Assembly (NCBI GenBank): GCA_023249635.1
Contig: JAHFCH010000003.1
Span: 36,617-100,616, forward strand
Length of the DNA: 64,000 nucleotides
DNA from: Fibrobacterota bacterium
Lineage (GTDB): Bacteria; Fibrobacterota; Fibrobacteria; UBA11236
Reading direction: 5' to 3'
Shown: piece by piece, positions 54,595 to 63,938 of the stretch
Numbering within the stretch: the first letter of the stretch is position 1
How the letters are laid out: the number at the start of each line of letters is the position of its first letter
The notes under the pieces: generated by a model
Databases searched by the model: none
Told to the model about the DNA's origin: nothing
Seen by the model: only the letters and a program-made list of their open reading frames with translations
Made by a program: the position numbers and the translations under genes

Positions 54595-56196
54595 TCAGCG
54601 ATCGAGAAGCCCATGCTCAACCGCATACAGCGCAGCCGCGGCGCGGGTGGAAGCCCCGATCTTGGCGTAGATATGCTGGATATGATGGCCGACGGTCTTG
54701 GCCGAAATGCACAAGGCGTTCCCGGTCTGCTTATTGGAAAGGCCCCGGGCCATCAGGCGCAGGACTTCGATTTCGCGGGCGCTGAGATCGGCCGCGGCTT
54801 TCCCCGGAGCCCGGCCGGGCGCGGGCGCATGGCCGGCGGTCTCCAAGACCGCCTCCACCGCGGTCGCATCCAGCCTGCCCGACTTCGCTTCCCGGCGCAA
54901 TTCCTCCGCGGCCGCCGCAGCCGTCAGGGCCTTACGATGGGGCCGGTCTTCGCGCATGGCCTGGTACGTGTCCGCGGCAGCCAACAGACGCGCCGCCATT
55001 GGCAGGTTGGCTCCGGCAGCCCGCTTATGGTATCCCGAACCGTCCAGCCTTTCATGATGTAAAGCGGCCAACCCGGAAAGTCGCGCCAGCGCGGGCGACC
55101 TCGCCAGTATCCGTTCCGTGAAGTAGGGGTGCATGCGCACCCGTTCCCATTCGCCTTCGTCGAGAGCCCTGGGCTTGCCCCAGATGCCCGCTGAAACCCC
55201 GACCCGGCCGATATCCTGCAGCCAGGCCGCGCGTTTTACGTCCCTCGCTTCGTCCGGCGTAAGTCCCGCGCGCGCCGCCGCTCCCGTGACCAGTGAGGCC
55301 ACGGCGCGGGAATGCCCGAGTACGTAGGGAGATTTGAAATCGGTGAAGTCGGAGATGGCGATCAGGGCCTCATCCAACCGGTCGGCGGCGATGCGCGCCT
55401 TGGTCCCGGGCTCGGCCGCGAGCACGGCATCCCACACCGAAGGCACCGCCAACGGCGCCATCAGGGCCTCGGCATCCTTCAGGAAAAGCGCGGCCAGATC
55501 CGGATCGTACATGCCGCCCGCGCGCCTGCCTACCGCTTCCAGCACCGCGGGTTTGCCCCCGGCGCTGAACAGGGTGGCCGCGTCTTGGGCCAGATGCACG
55601 ACGCGCACTTCAAGGGCGATGGCGTTGCCCTTAAGCTCACTGGGCGTGCCTTTCCCATCCCAACGGCTGTAGATCTGGCGGAACAATAGGGGAAGGCCGG
55701 GATCGATGGCGAGCCGCTCCGCCAGCCGCTCGGCCACTTCGCAATGCGACATGTGGTTCTCGCGCTTCAACGCCTGCCCTCCCGCCATCAACTTGGCGAG
55801 GATGGCGATGCGTTGCGGCAGGGGCTTATCCTTTGCCACCACCGTGAACAAGAACCGCAAGGCTTCCGCGGGATTCTCCAGATCGAGCTCGAAACCCTCA
55901 GCCATGCCCAGATCGCCGCCGAAATCCCGCGCCGCCGCGGCCGAGGTGGAGGTGCATCCGATATGCCGGAGCAAGGCGAGGTAGTACAGGTTGCGGCGAC
56001 GGGCGGGTTCGAGCCCGGCGGCTTCGCCCAGGCGCATGGCCATCAGGCAGGATCGCAGCATCCACTCCATGGGCATCCCCACGCCCAGATCGATTGCGAA
56101 GGAAAGCGAAGCGATCAACTCCGCCATGCGCATGGAATCGTCGCGGGAGGGAGCGGTAGGCGGGACGGCCGGGGCTGCGCTATCGCCCGGGGTCAT
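54595..56196 (-). CDS. transcriptional regulator with tandem HD-type domains (second one HD-GYP-like) and C-terminal LuxR HTH
   Basis: HSRAVASLVTG...AAWLQDIGRV (HD...LHDIGK-like) and HHERLDGSGYHK (HHExxDGxGY-H, an HD-GYP-like variant). The N-terminal domain has a degenerate LLRHIGC. C-terminal LSAREIEVLRLMARGLSNKQTGNALCISAKTVGHHIQHIYAKIG is a LuxR HTH. Start placed at the Met whose ATG overlaps the upstream stop (ATGA); the track's N-terminal 123 aa are low-complexity. Confidence 0.65.
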   Translation of the reverse strand: MTPGDSAAPAVPPTAPSRDDSMRMAELIASLSFAIDLGVGMPMEWMLRSCLMAMRLGEAAGLEPARRRNLYYLALLRHIGCTSTSAAAARDFGGDLGMAEGFELDLENPAEALRFLFTVVAKDKPLPQRIAILAKLMAGGQALKRENHMSHCEVAERLAERLAIDPGLPLLFRQIYSRWDGKGTPSELKGNAIALEVRVVHLAQDAATLFSAGGKPAVLEAVGRRAGGMYDPDLAALFLKDAEALMAPLAVPSVWDAVLAAEPGTKARIAADRLDEALIAISDFTDFKSPYVLGHSRAVASLVTGAAARAGLTPDEARDVKRAAWLQDIGRVGVSAGIWGKPRALDEGEWERVRMHPYFTERILARSPALARLSGLAALHHERLDGSGYHKRAAGANLPMAARLLAAADTYQAMREDRPHRKALTAAAAAEELRREAKSGRLDATAVEAVLETAGHAPAPGRAPGKAAADLSAREIEVLRLMARGLSNKQTGNALCISAKTVGHHIQHIYAKIGASTRAAAALYAVEHGLLDR

Positions 56197-57704
56197 GGGG
56201 CCCGCGGGGTCCGGAAACGCGCTGGCAGCAGGCCGCGCAGTTCGGCGGGCCGGAGCATCCCCGTCACGAAAGGCAGCAGCCAGAAGGCGGCCAGGGGTCC
56301 CAGGCGCATGCTCCACGTAAAGCGTTCGGGTTCCATCTGTACGCCCGTTCCGAAGGCCCAACCGGCCGCCAGCCAGCCGAGCAGTGGGAGCATACGCGGC
56401 CAGCGGATGGCGATGGGGAAGAGTTGCTGGCTTTTGCGGGTGATCAAAACAGCGATCACAAGGTAACATACGATGGCGGTGAGCGTCGCTCCCCACAGGC
56501 CCAGCGCCGGGATGAGCAGGAAATTCCCCGCCAGGGTCACGACCACTCCCGCGCCGTTTATCCACATCAGGTGCCGGGTCTGCTTGGCAAGGTAAAGACC
56601 CAGGGTGAAATTCACGACCCAGGCCTGGGCCAGGTAGGCCAGCAGCACGCCGGGAACGATTTCAAGCCCGGGCCAATAGGCAGGGGCGATGAGAGGACGG
56701 CCGGCGATGGGCAGGGCGACGAGCTTATCGAGGAAGGCCATCAGGGTAACGGCCGCGTAACCTACGGCGGTGAGGAAATAAAACAACACGCGTCCGAACA
56801 GGTCCGCGGCGTCCGCGTCCTTGTGGCGCTGCTGGAAGAAAGGCTGCCAGGCCATGCGGTACATCTGTACCAGCAGCAATCCGAACACGCCCAGCTTCCA
56901 CGCGGCCGAGAAGATGCCCGCCAGTTGCAGCACGTCGTAGCCGCGCCCCGGGTACAAGCGCTCGATGTCTTCGGGCTTGATCATGCGCATGAATACGCGC
57001 CCCGCCATCTCGTTGACGATGCCATAAAGCCCCGCCGGCACCAGGGGCAGGCCGAAGCGGAGCAGCGAGGCGAACACCTCGCGCCGCGGGGCCGAGAACG
57101 CATTGCGGCCCAGCACCGGGATCTGCGCCAGGACGGTAAGCGCGCTGGCGACCAGGTTGGCGAGGAAGACGCCCTCCAGCCCCATGCGCCATTTGAGCAC
57201 GAAGACCAGATTGGCCGCGATGTTCACCGCCACGTTACCCAAGCGCAAGGCCGCGAACCGAGTGGGCCGATGCTCCAACCGCAGATGGGCGAAAGGGACC
57301 ACCGTCAGGGTGTCAAGCACGAGGATGGCGGCGGAATAGTAGAAGAGGGACCGGCTGGCGGCGGGGATGAGGAACAGCTTCGCCAGGGGCCCGGTCACCA
57401 CCAGCAACGGCAGGGAGAACAGCATCGATCCGACGGCCTGCCCCCAGAAAGCGCTCGCGAACAACCGCTTGCGCCCGGCCGTATCGGCATCGTTCGCCAA
57501 CCGGAGGTAGGCCGAGTCGAACCCGAATTGGTAGACGATGTTGAGGAACGCGATCATGGCGAACAGAATGTTCTGGATGCCGAAATCGGAGGGCAGCAGC
57601 ACGTGGGTGTAGAAAGGGACCAGGAGGAAATTGAGGAAGCGGCTGGCGATGGAGGAAACGCCGTAGATCAGGGATTCCTTCGCGAGGGCGCGGATGCGGC
57701 TCAA
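56193..57704 (-). CDS. MOP-superfamily polysaccharide biosynthesis/flippase protein (Wzx-like)
   Basis: 503 aa with ~14 TM segments. N-terminal LAKESLIYGVSSIASRFLNFLLVPFYTHVL is typical of Polysacc_synt (Wzx/MurJ-like) proteins. Confidence 0.7.
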   Translation of the reverse strand: MSRIRALAKESLIYGVSSIASRFLNFLLVPFYTHVLLPSDFGIQNILFAMIAFLNIVYQFGFDSAYLRLANDADTAGRKRLFASAFWGQAVGSMLFSLPLLVVTGPLAKLFLIPAASRSLFYYSAAILVLDTLTVVPFAHLRLEHRPTRFAALRLGNVAVNIAANLVFVLKWRMGLEGVFLANLVASALTVLAQIPVLGRNAFSAPRREVFASLLRFGLPLVPAGLYGIVNEMAGRVFMRMIKPEDIERLYPGRGYDVLQLAGIFSAAWKLGVFGLLLVQMYRMAWQPFFQQRHKDADAADLFGRVLFYFLTAVGYAAVTLMAFLDKLVALPIAGRPLIAPAYWPGLEIVPGVLLAYLAQAWVVNFTLGLYLAKQTRHLMWINGAGVVVTLAGNFLLIPALGLWGATLTAIVCYLVIAVLITRKSQQLFPIAIRWPRMLPLLGWLAAGWAFGTGVQMEPERFTWSMRLGPLAAFWLLPFVTGMLRPAELRGLLPARFRTPRAP

Positions 57705-57759
57705 GAGTCCGCCGTGGTCTGTACTTCGTTCGTCGGGCGTACAGCGCGAAGCGCGCCTA

Positions 57760-57870
57760 GGCGTCGGGCGTCGGGCGTAAAGAAAAGAGTTCTCGGGAAG
57801 GAGTTGTAGTGAATTGCGGCGGCTGCCGCCCTTTTCTTTACGCCCGACGCCCGACGCCCGACGCCCGACG
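57760..57870. repeat. intergenic 28-bp perfect-stem hairpin built from tandem heptamer repeats (GCGTCGG / ACGCCCG x4) with a 43-nt loop
   Basis: 57762..57787 cgtcgggcgtcgggcgtaaagaaaag is the exact reverse complement of 57831..57856. Pairing extends to 28 bp. The right arm continues as (ACGCCCG)4 to 57870. An extra cgtcgggcgta copy lies at ~57731. The loop contains the sub-hairpin ggcggctgccgcc. Located between the phosphoesterase stop and the flippase start. Confidence 0.65.
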
Positions 57871-57893
57871 ATACGCTCATAGATCCGGAAAGC

Positions 57894-58625
57894 TTATCGG
57901 CCTTCCGACAACCTGTTAATCAGGAATTCCGCGAAGCCGCTCTTCTTCATCGCGGCTTGCGTCTTGGAAATGTCGTAGGCCACGCGGATCACTTCCACGG
58001 ACATCTTCTCCGTGTCGCACAAGCACCACGAGGCGAGCGGATTGCGATCGCGGGGCTGGCCCACGCTCCCATCGTTCACCAGGATGCGCTGATTGGGCTC
58101 CAGGGTGTAGATAAGGCTTTCCGAGACCTTGAAGGATTGCTCGCCTTCCATGATCACGATAATGGGCCAATGGGTATGGCCGATGAAGCAGATCTTCTCG
58201 GTGAAAAAGGAAAAGGCGTCCACGGCATCATCGAGGCTGGAGACGTATTTCCAATCGGCCGGGGACCAGGGGCTGGCATGCACGAAGAGCAGCGGCGGTT
58301 CCGAGACCATGTAGGGAAGCTTGGAGAAGAATTCGATGGAGGCCGGGGTGAGTACCTTGCTGGTCCACTCGATGGCCTTCTGGGCGTTGTAATTGTTCCA
58401 ACCCTCGGCGGACTCGCGGCCGATGGCCACGCTGTCATGATTCCCAAGGATGGTGATATCGCTGTTCTCGGCGACGAGTTCTACGCACTCGTTGGGAAAG
58501 GGACCGTACCCGACGATGTCCCCCAGGCATACGCGCTTCTCAACGCCCAAGCGCTTCATCGACTCAAGCACGCGTTGCAGCGCTTCAAGGTTGCCGTGTA
58601 TGTCCGAGTAGATCCCGTACTTCAT
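57894..58625 (-). CDS. metallophosphoesterase (calcineurin-like, YfcE/MJ0936-type)
   Basis: Motifs IYSDIHGN, GDIVGYG, GNHD, GHTH in canonical order. Start at internal Met MKYGIYSDIHGN. Confidence 0.8.
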   Translation of the reverse strand: MKYGIYSDIHGNLEALQRVLESMKRLGVEKRVCLGDIVGYGPFPNECVELVAENSDITILGNHDSVAIGRESAEGWNNYNAQKAIEWTSKVLTPASIEFFSKLPYMVSEPPLLFVHASPWSPADWKYVSSLDDAVDAFSFFTEKICFIGHTHWPIIVIMEGEQSFKVSESLIYTLEPNQRILVNDGSVGQPRDRNPLASWCLCDTEKMSVEVIRVAYDISKTQAAMKKSGFAEFLINRLSEGR

Positions 58626-58692
58626 ACGATCCAATTATATCCAAAATATCCAAAAAGCCGCCGAAGCGGGCGCCTCAACGCCAAAACTAGCA

Positions 58693-61467
58693 TTATTTGG
58701 CCGGGGAAACGTCGGGCTTGAGGGAGAGATCGGTCGACTTGCCGGCCAGCGCCGAGGTCGGATCGTCCCAAGCGGCGCCCGCGGTACGGTCCGGATCCTG
58801 GGCGCAACGGAACCCGACTTTGAAGTTACGGAAGCCCGGCCGATTGTTATAGCGGGCGGTGAGGCTGAGGGATCCCGATTCGCTGTACCAGCTCGCACCG
58901 CGGATAACCTTGGCGGTACCGGCGCCTGGGCCCTTGGGATGGTCCACCTCGACCTGGCTGTAGTCTCCGTACCAGTCCTGCACCCATTCGAACACGTTGC
59001 CGGCCATATCGTATAGACCCCAGCCGTTCGGTTTCTTTGAGCCCACCTTCTGGGTACGATTCTCGGAATTGTCCCGGTACCAAGCGTAATCCTTCGGACT
59101 CTCGACGCCCCAATAGAAGGTGGACGCGCTGCCGGCGCGGGCCGCGTATTCCCATTCCGCTTCGGTAGGCAAACGACCCCCGGTTTCGCGGCAGAAGGCA
59201 TCGGCCTCTTCCCAGGTCACCCGATCCACGGGCAGGCTGTCCTGCAGGCGGTAGGAGGGATTGCGTCCCGTGAACTTCTCGAACTCGGTCTGGGTCACTT
59301 CGTACTTGCCGAGGAAAAGCGGACCCACCTTAACGAGGCGGCCATCGTCGCGGCGGTAGCTGCCTTTGGGAACGAATACCAGCGGATAGTAGGCCGGGAT
59401 GCCCTTGGGAGGTTGCGGCAGCACGGGCTCCAGGCTCTTGGTGGAAAAGGAGCGGACCGGGCCTTCGCTATGATCGAGGCCATCGCTCGCGATCACCTTC
59501 CAGTAGTAGGTGGTACCGGGCTTGAGATCGGAAATGGACAACACCGAATCGATCAGATTGCCGGCCCGTAACACCAGGGGCGGGAATTTGGTGTCCAGAT
59601 ACACGGAGTATTGCACCTTGGCGCCCGCATCGGGATCGCCACCCTTCCAGGAGAGCAACAGGGGCACGGAATCCGGGACCAAAGCGCCGGAATCGGGGAA
59701 AGCCGCGAGCGGCATGAAGGGTGGGCGATTGGCTGCCGGGGAATTGAAGACCACGCCTTCGGGCGGGAAGGGTGCGCCGTAGCCGAACGCGTTGACGCCA
59801 ATGGCGCGGAAGCGGTACTGGCTGCTGGGCTTTAACCCGGCCAAACGGATTTTCGGGACCGGAGCCCGGTCGAGTACGGTCTCCCAGGGTCCTGAGCCCA
59901 GGCGCTGTTGAACGAGGTAATAATCCGAGCGCGGGAAGGTTTGGCATTGCAAGGCCACGCGGTTGCTATCGGACAGTTTCAGGAACAAGGTGCCTTCGCG
60001 CGGGGGCGAGAGCACGGTCTGTTCGCGATTGAACAGGAGGAAATTGCGCAATGAGGAAGGGCCCGTGAAGTTGGTCCGGGTTTCCATGAAGATGTTTGCG
60101 CCCAAGGTCAGTTCCTTGTTGCCGATGCCGTAGACCCGCGTTTCGCCGGTGGCGGCCGTGAAGGCGCGCGAGGAGAGTGTCAAAGCGGAGGATTCCGCGG
60201 CGGGAACCGGAGAGGGGACCAAGGCCAATGCGGCGCCCGATCCGGGGGCGACCCAGCTTTGCCCAGGACCCGCGGAACCGCCGGGACCGCCGGGACCGGT
60301 CATGGACGCCATCCCGGGAGCGGTCACGGCCGGCGCGGATGCGAAGCGGGCGTAAGGTTCGAAGGTGAAGACCGGGCCCTGTACGCCTTCGAGCAGCATT
60401 TCGATGCGGGGCTTCAAGGCGACATTCACTTCGCCGTTGCCCCACAGGTTCTGGAGGGATTTGTTGGCCCAAGTCATCTTGTTCTCGGCCAGCGGCCGCC
60501 ATTGGCCGTCGCGGTAGCCCAGTTCGCCTTTGATGGAATTGCGGATACGGAAATCGGCTTGGGCCGAGAATACGTCCCCGGCATTGCGCGCCTCGATACG
60601 GAGGAAGGGACGGTTCTGCATGCGCAGGAAAAGCCCGGAGCCCAAAGGCAGCAGCATGGGGGATTTGCCGGGCAGTTCTTCCTCGAATTCGAACTCGCCT
60701 TTGCCCGCCACCGTGGCGTTGAGATTGGCCATCACTTCGCAATCGCCGTTCACCTGGAAATTGAAGAGCTCGACCTTGCCGTTGCGCACCTGGATGCGGC
60801 CGGTTACCACAGGCTGGAAAAGCACCTGGGCCGACTTGATACCGATATCCAGACGTCCGAAGGCAGAGGCGGCTTCACCTGTCCCGTCTTCAAGGCGGGT
60901 TGCGAGCAGACCCGTCAAGTCTTGGGATTGATGCAGATCGCCAAGGGCTTGGTTCATATCCAGCCGGGATTTGAAAGAAATATCGCAATCCTGTACGGCA
61001 TCCGGTAAATCCGCTTCTTCGGTCTTCAGCAGCCAGCGCCGTCCCAGAGAGCCGGGTTGCGGTTGCGGATCAACCTCCACCACCTTGCGCAGCAATCCGC
61101 CGAAAGCGGTATCGGCCAATACATTGCCAATCTGCGGTAGCACGCCCGTAGGCAACTCCAGGATCATGCTGCCGGGGGTGGGAGCGTATTCGATGATTTT
61201 GCCCTGCCCGGGCAGGGTGAGGTCGAGGAAGCCCGCGGTAAAGCGCGTGGGCGCAGCCCCCAACTCCTCGACGAAGATGGCGTTCTCGATCTCGTAGCCT
61301 TCCACCCGGATCTTGGAGAGATCCGGCGATTGCACGGAATCGTCGAAGGTGATGACGAGGGTACGCTGGCCCACTGCGGCATTCTCGACCTGGATCTGCC
61401 CCAACGCAAAAGCGCCGGAGCTGAAGCCCGCCGTGAAAAGCACCGCATGCCGTAATCGCGCGTACAT
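58693..61467 (-). CDS. large secreted protein with fibronectin type III domains and a C-terminal FGE-sulfatase (SUMF1/formylglycine-generating-enzyme-like) domain
   Basis: Signal-like N-terminus. FN3 segments (PSSQYRFRAIGVNAFGYGAPFPPEG; LKPGTTYYWKVIASDG). C-terminal FGE-sulfatase domain: GKYEVTQTEFEKFTGRNPS...VDRVTWEEADAFCRETGGRLPTEAEWEYAARAG...GWGLYDMAGNVFEWVQDWY...RGASW...FRCAQD. Confidence 0.7.
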   Translation of the reverse strand: MYARLRHAVLFTAGFSSGAFALGQIQVENAAVGQRTLVITFDDSVQSPDLSKIRVEGYEIENAIFVEELGAAPTRFTAGFLDLTLPGQGKIIEYAPTPGSMILELPTGVLPQIGNVLADTAFGGLLRKVVEVDPQPQPGSLGRRWLLKTEEADLPDAVQDCDISFKSRLDMNQALGDLHQSQDLTGLLATRLEDGTGEAASAFGRLDIGIKSAQVLFQPVVTGRIQVRNGKVELFNFQVNGDCEVMANLNATVAGKGEFEFEEELPGKSPMLLPLGSGLFLRMQNRPFLRIEARNAGDVFSAQADFRIRNSIKGELGYRDGQWRPLAENKMTWANKSLQNLWGNGEVNVALKPRIEMLLEGVQGPVFTFEPYARFASAPAVTAPGMASMTGPGGPGGSAGPGQSWVAPGSGAALALVPSPVPAAESSALTLSSRAFTAATGETRVYGIGNKELTLGANIFMETRTNFTGPSSLRNFLLFNREQTVLSPPREGTLFLKLSDSNRVALQCQTFPRSDYYLVQQRLGSGPWETVLDRAPVPKIRLAGLKPSSQYRFRAIGVNAFGYGAPFPPEGVVFNSPAANRPPFMPLAAFPDSGALVPDSVPLLLSWKGGDPDAGAKVQYSVYLDTKFPPLVLRAGNLIDSVLSISDLKPGTTYYWKVIASDGLDHSEGPVRSFSTKSLEPVLPQPPKGIPAYYPLVFVPKGSYRRDDGRLVKVGPLFLGKYEVTQTEFEKFTGRNPSYRLQDSLPVDRVTWEEADAFCRETGGRLPTEAEWEYAARAGSASTFYWGVESPKDYAWYRDNSENRTQKVGSKKPNGWGLYDMAGNVFEWVQDWYGDYSQVEVDHPKGPGAGTAKVIRGASWYSESGSLSLTARYNNRPGFRNFKVGFRCAQDPDRTAGAAWDDPTSALAGKSTDLSLKPDVSPAK

Positions 61468-61970
61468 CAGCGAACCTTGGTGATGACTTTCTTCAGGGCG
61501 ACCTTACCGTTGATGCGCAGGGTGAGAAACTTGATTCCGTTCACATCAGCATCTTTCATGAGAACGGGACGCAGGGGATAAATGCCTTGCGCCAGGGTCC
61601 CGTCGAGGAGCGTGGCCACTTTCTTACCGTAAAAGTCCATTACCACGAGCTCCACGTAACTCTGGGTGGGCAAAGTCAGCGTCACCTGGACGCCCCCTTT
61701 GCCGAAGTTGCGCACCAACATGTTCAGCTTGAGTGCGTTGTCCTGGACTTTCGGCGCTTCCGTTTTCTGGGAGGTGCCCAAGTCGAGCTTGGTTTCCAGG
61801 TCCCGGGTCTCGCCTTTGGCGTTGGTCAGCTCCGGTACGCGGATCTGGATGGTTTCGGCGCGAAGCGGCTCACGTAGACGCAATATTATTTTCTGTTTAC
61901 CGGCGGACGATTGGGAAAACAGGACCATGAGGGTCGCGAAGACTCCGAGCCACGCGCTTTTATTTTTCAT
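61467..61970 (-). CDS. small secreted protein with T9SS C-terminal sorting domain
   Basis: Signal peptide MKNKSAWLGVFATLMVLFSQSSAG. C-terminus SYVELVVMDFYGKKVATLLDGTLAQGIYPLRP...NGIKFLTLRINGKVALKKVITKVR fits the Por/T9SS CTD pattern. Stop overlaps the downstream start (ATGA). Confidence 0.5.
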   Translation of the reverse strand: MKNKSAWLGVFATLMVLFSQSSAGKQKIILRLREPLRAETIQIRVPELTNAKGETRDLETKLDLGTSQKTEAPKVQDNALKLNMLVRNFGKGGVQVTLTLPTQSYVELVVMDFYGKKVATLLDGTLAQGIYPLRPVLMKDADVNGIKFLTLRINGKVALKKVITKVR

Positions 61971-62393
61971 GTTTTTCCCGATTCGCCGGATAGTCCGTTT
62001 GTAAAAAATACCGGCGATCCACGCTCTGCAATAGACCCCACGACAGGGGGACCAAAAAGTCCCTCTAACTATAGCGTTTTTTGCTTCGTGGCGCCCGCTA
62101 AAATTCCTGTCCTCTCCCCCGAAAATCCCCAGTAATCAGGGTATTTCCACATAGTCTCTTTTCGGGACCAAAGTGAAACCGGGAACCTTCCTTTTTTGCT
62201 TCAATGGCACCTTCATTGCTCTGTCACCCTGGAACCCGGAGTATCGGAAAAAAATGGGACACTACCTGACGTTCTGTCGTATACTGGCTCGGCTAACGAT
62301 TCGTCTGATAAGAATTGTCAAAGTTGAGGTCAAAGTCACTATCTTTCCACCAGTAACTTTTACCGGCCACCATCGCGGTATTGGATCGCGCAT

Positions 62394-63938
62394 ATGAGTA
62401 ACACATCCTGGAGCCAACCAAGGCCCCCCTTCGAAGGCAAGTCCGCCACGCGGCTGAATCCTGCCCCTAAATCGGCCGAGGACCGCGTTATCCGCGAACC
62501 CGGTACGGAAACCCTTCGCGTGCATAGTTCATCGCGGCTGGTTACCCTTAAAAATTACCAGCAGATCCTGACCTCGTTGCAGGTCTGCGCCGACGCGATC
62601 ACCATCGTCCTCAGTTTCCTGGCTGGATATTATCTGTGGTCCGTTGTCGGCCCCATGATCGCCATCGACCTGTACGAACCGGAGTCCATCTACCGGTATT
62701 ATTCCTTCCTGGGCGTCACCCTGGTTACCTCTCTGGTCGGACTGGAAGTCCATGGCCTGTACCAGCCGCAGCGCAGCCTCATGAACGTGCGCGAGTTCGA
62801 GTTGGTGCTCATGACCTGGGGCAAAGCCTGCCTGTTCACCCTGGGCATCATGTTCCTTGCCCATCAGCTCTATTTCAGCCGCGGTATTTTCGTACTCACC
62901 TGGGTATGCATGCTCTGCTTCATGCTGGTGCAACGGTACGGCTTCTTCAAGTTCAACAATTACCTGCGCCGCAAAGGTTTCGTGGAGACCACGGCGCTTA
63001 TCTTCGGCGCCGGAGTGGTGGGCCGCAAGCTGATGGAAAAATTCCGGCAGTCGCCCAAGCTCGGCTACCATGTGGCCGGCTTCATCGATGACAACAGCGC
63101 CCTTTCCGGCAAGGCAGTCCTGGGCGCGCCCGTATTGGGCGATTTCACCAACCTGCGGGATACCATCCGCGCCACGGGCGCGACCAAGCTTTTCATCGCC
63201 CTGCCCCAGGTGCCTTCCAAGGTCGTGGTCGATATCATGAATGTGTGCCGGGAAACCGGCTGCGAGTTCCAGATTGTACCCTCGCTGTACGATATCGTTA
63301 TCCAGCGCGTGAAAATCACCGAGGTGGAAGGCATCCCTCTCATCGGGATGACGGAACCCAAGTATTCCTTCAAGACCGCGGTAACCAAGCGGTGCTTCGA
63401 CATTGTCGCCTCCCTCATTCTGCTGGCGCTGCTGGCGCCGTTGCTGCTGACCCTGGCTTTGATCGTAAAGCTTTCCAGCAAGGGGCCCGTCTTCTTCATA
63501 CAGAAGCGCGTGGGCCAGCACGGCAATCGGTTCCGCTTCTTCAAATTCCGGTCCATGTACGTGGACACCCCGGTCTATGCCGTGACCCCCCAGTCCGGTA
63601 ATGACCCCCGCATCACGCCCATCGGCCGCTTCCTGCGCCGCAGCTCCCTGGACGAATTGCCCCAGCTGTTCAACGTCATCGCCGGAAATATGAGCTTGGT
63701 GGGCCCACGGCCCGAAATGCCGTTCATCGTGAGTCAGTACAACGATCTGCACAAGCAGCGGCTGAACGTGAAGCCCGGCATCACCGGCTTATGGCAGATC
63801 AGTGCCGACCGTAAGATCGCCATCCATGAGAACATGGATTACGACATGTACTACATCAACAACCAAAGCTTCCTGCTCGACCTGGTGATTCTGGCGAAGA
63901 CCATCACCAGCTGCCTGAAAGGCATCGGCGCTTACTAA
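62394..63938 (+). CDS. wbaP: undecaprenyl-phosphate hexose-1-phosphate transferase (WbaP-like polyprenyl glycosylphosphotransferase)
   Basis: N-terminal 4-5 TM segments, a central Rossmann-like domain, and the C-terminal bacterial sugar transferase domain KRCFDIVASLILLALLAPLLL...KGPVFFIQKRVGQHGNRFRFFKFRSMY...SLDELPQLFNVIAGNMSLVGPRP. Confidence 0.85.
   Translation: MSNTSWSQPRPPFEGKSATRLNPAPKSAEDRVIREPGTETLRVHSSSRLVTLKNYQQILTSLQVCADAITIVLSFLAGYYLWSVVGPMIAIDLYEPESIYRYYSFLGVTLVTSLVGLEVHGLYQPQRSLMNVREFELVLMTWGKACLFTLGIMFLAHQLYFSRGIFVLTWVCMLCFMLVQRYGFFKFNNYLRRKGFVETTALIFGAGVVGRKLMEKFRQSPKLGYHVAGFIDDNSALSGKAVLGAPVLGDFTNLRDTIRATGATKLFIALPQVPSKVVVDIMNVCRETGCEFQIVPSLYDIVIQRVKITEVEGIPLIGMTEPKYSFKTAVTKRCFDIVASLILLALLAPLLLTLALIVKLSSKGPVFFIQKRVGQHGNRFRFFKFRSMYVDTPVYAVTPQSGNDPRITPIGRFLRRSSLDELPQLFNVIAGNMSLVGPRPEMPFIVSQYNDLHKQRLNVKPGITGLWQISADRKIAIHENMDYDMYYINNQSFLLDLVILAKTITSCLKGIGAY

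Noticed and set aside
56197-56565. First 123 codons of the HD/LuxR regulator ORF
   Set aside because: Low-complexity, and overlapping the flippase gene 3' end. The Met whose ATG forms an ATGA overlap with the flippase stop is a more plausible start.
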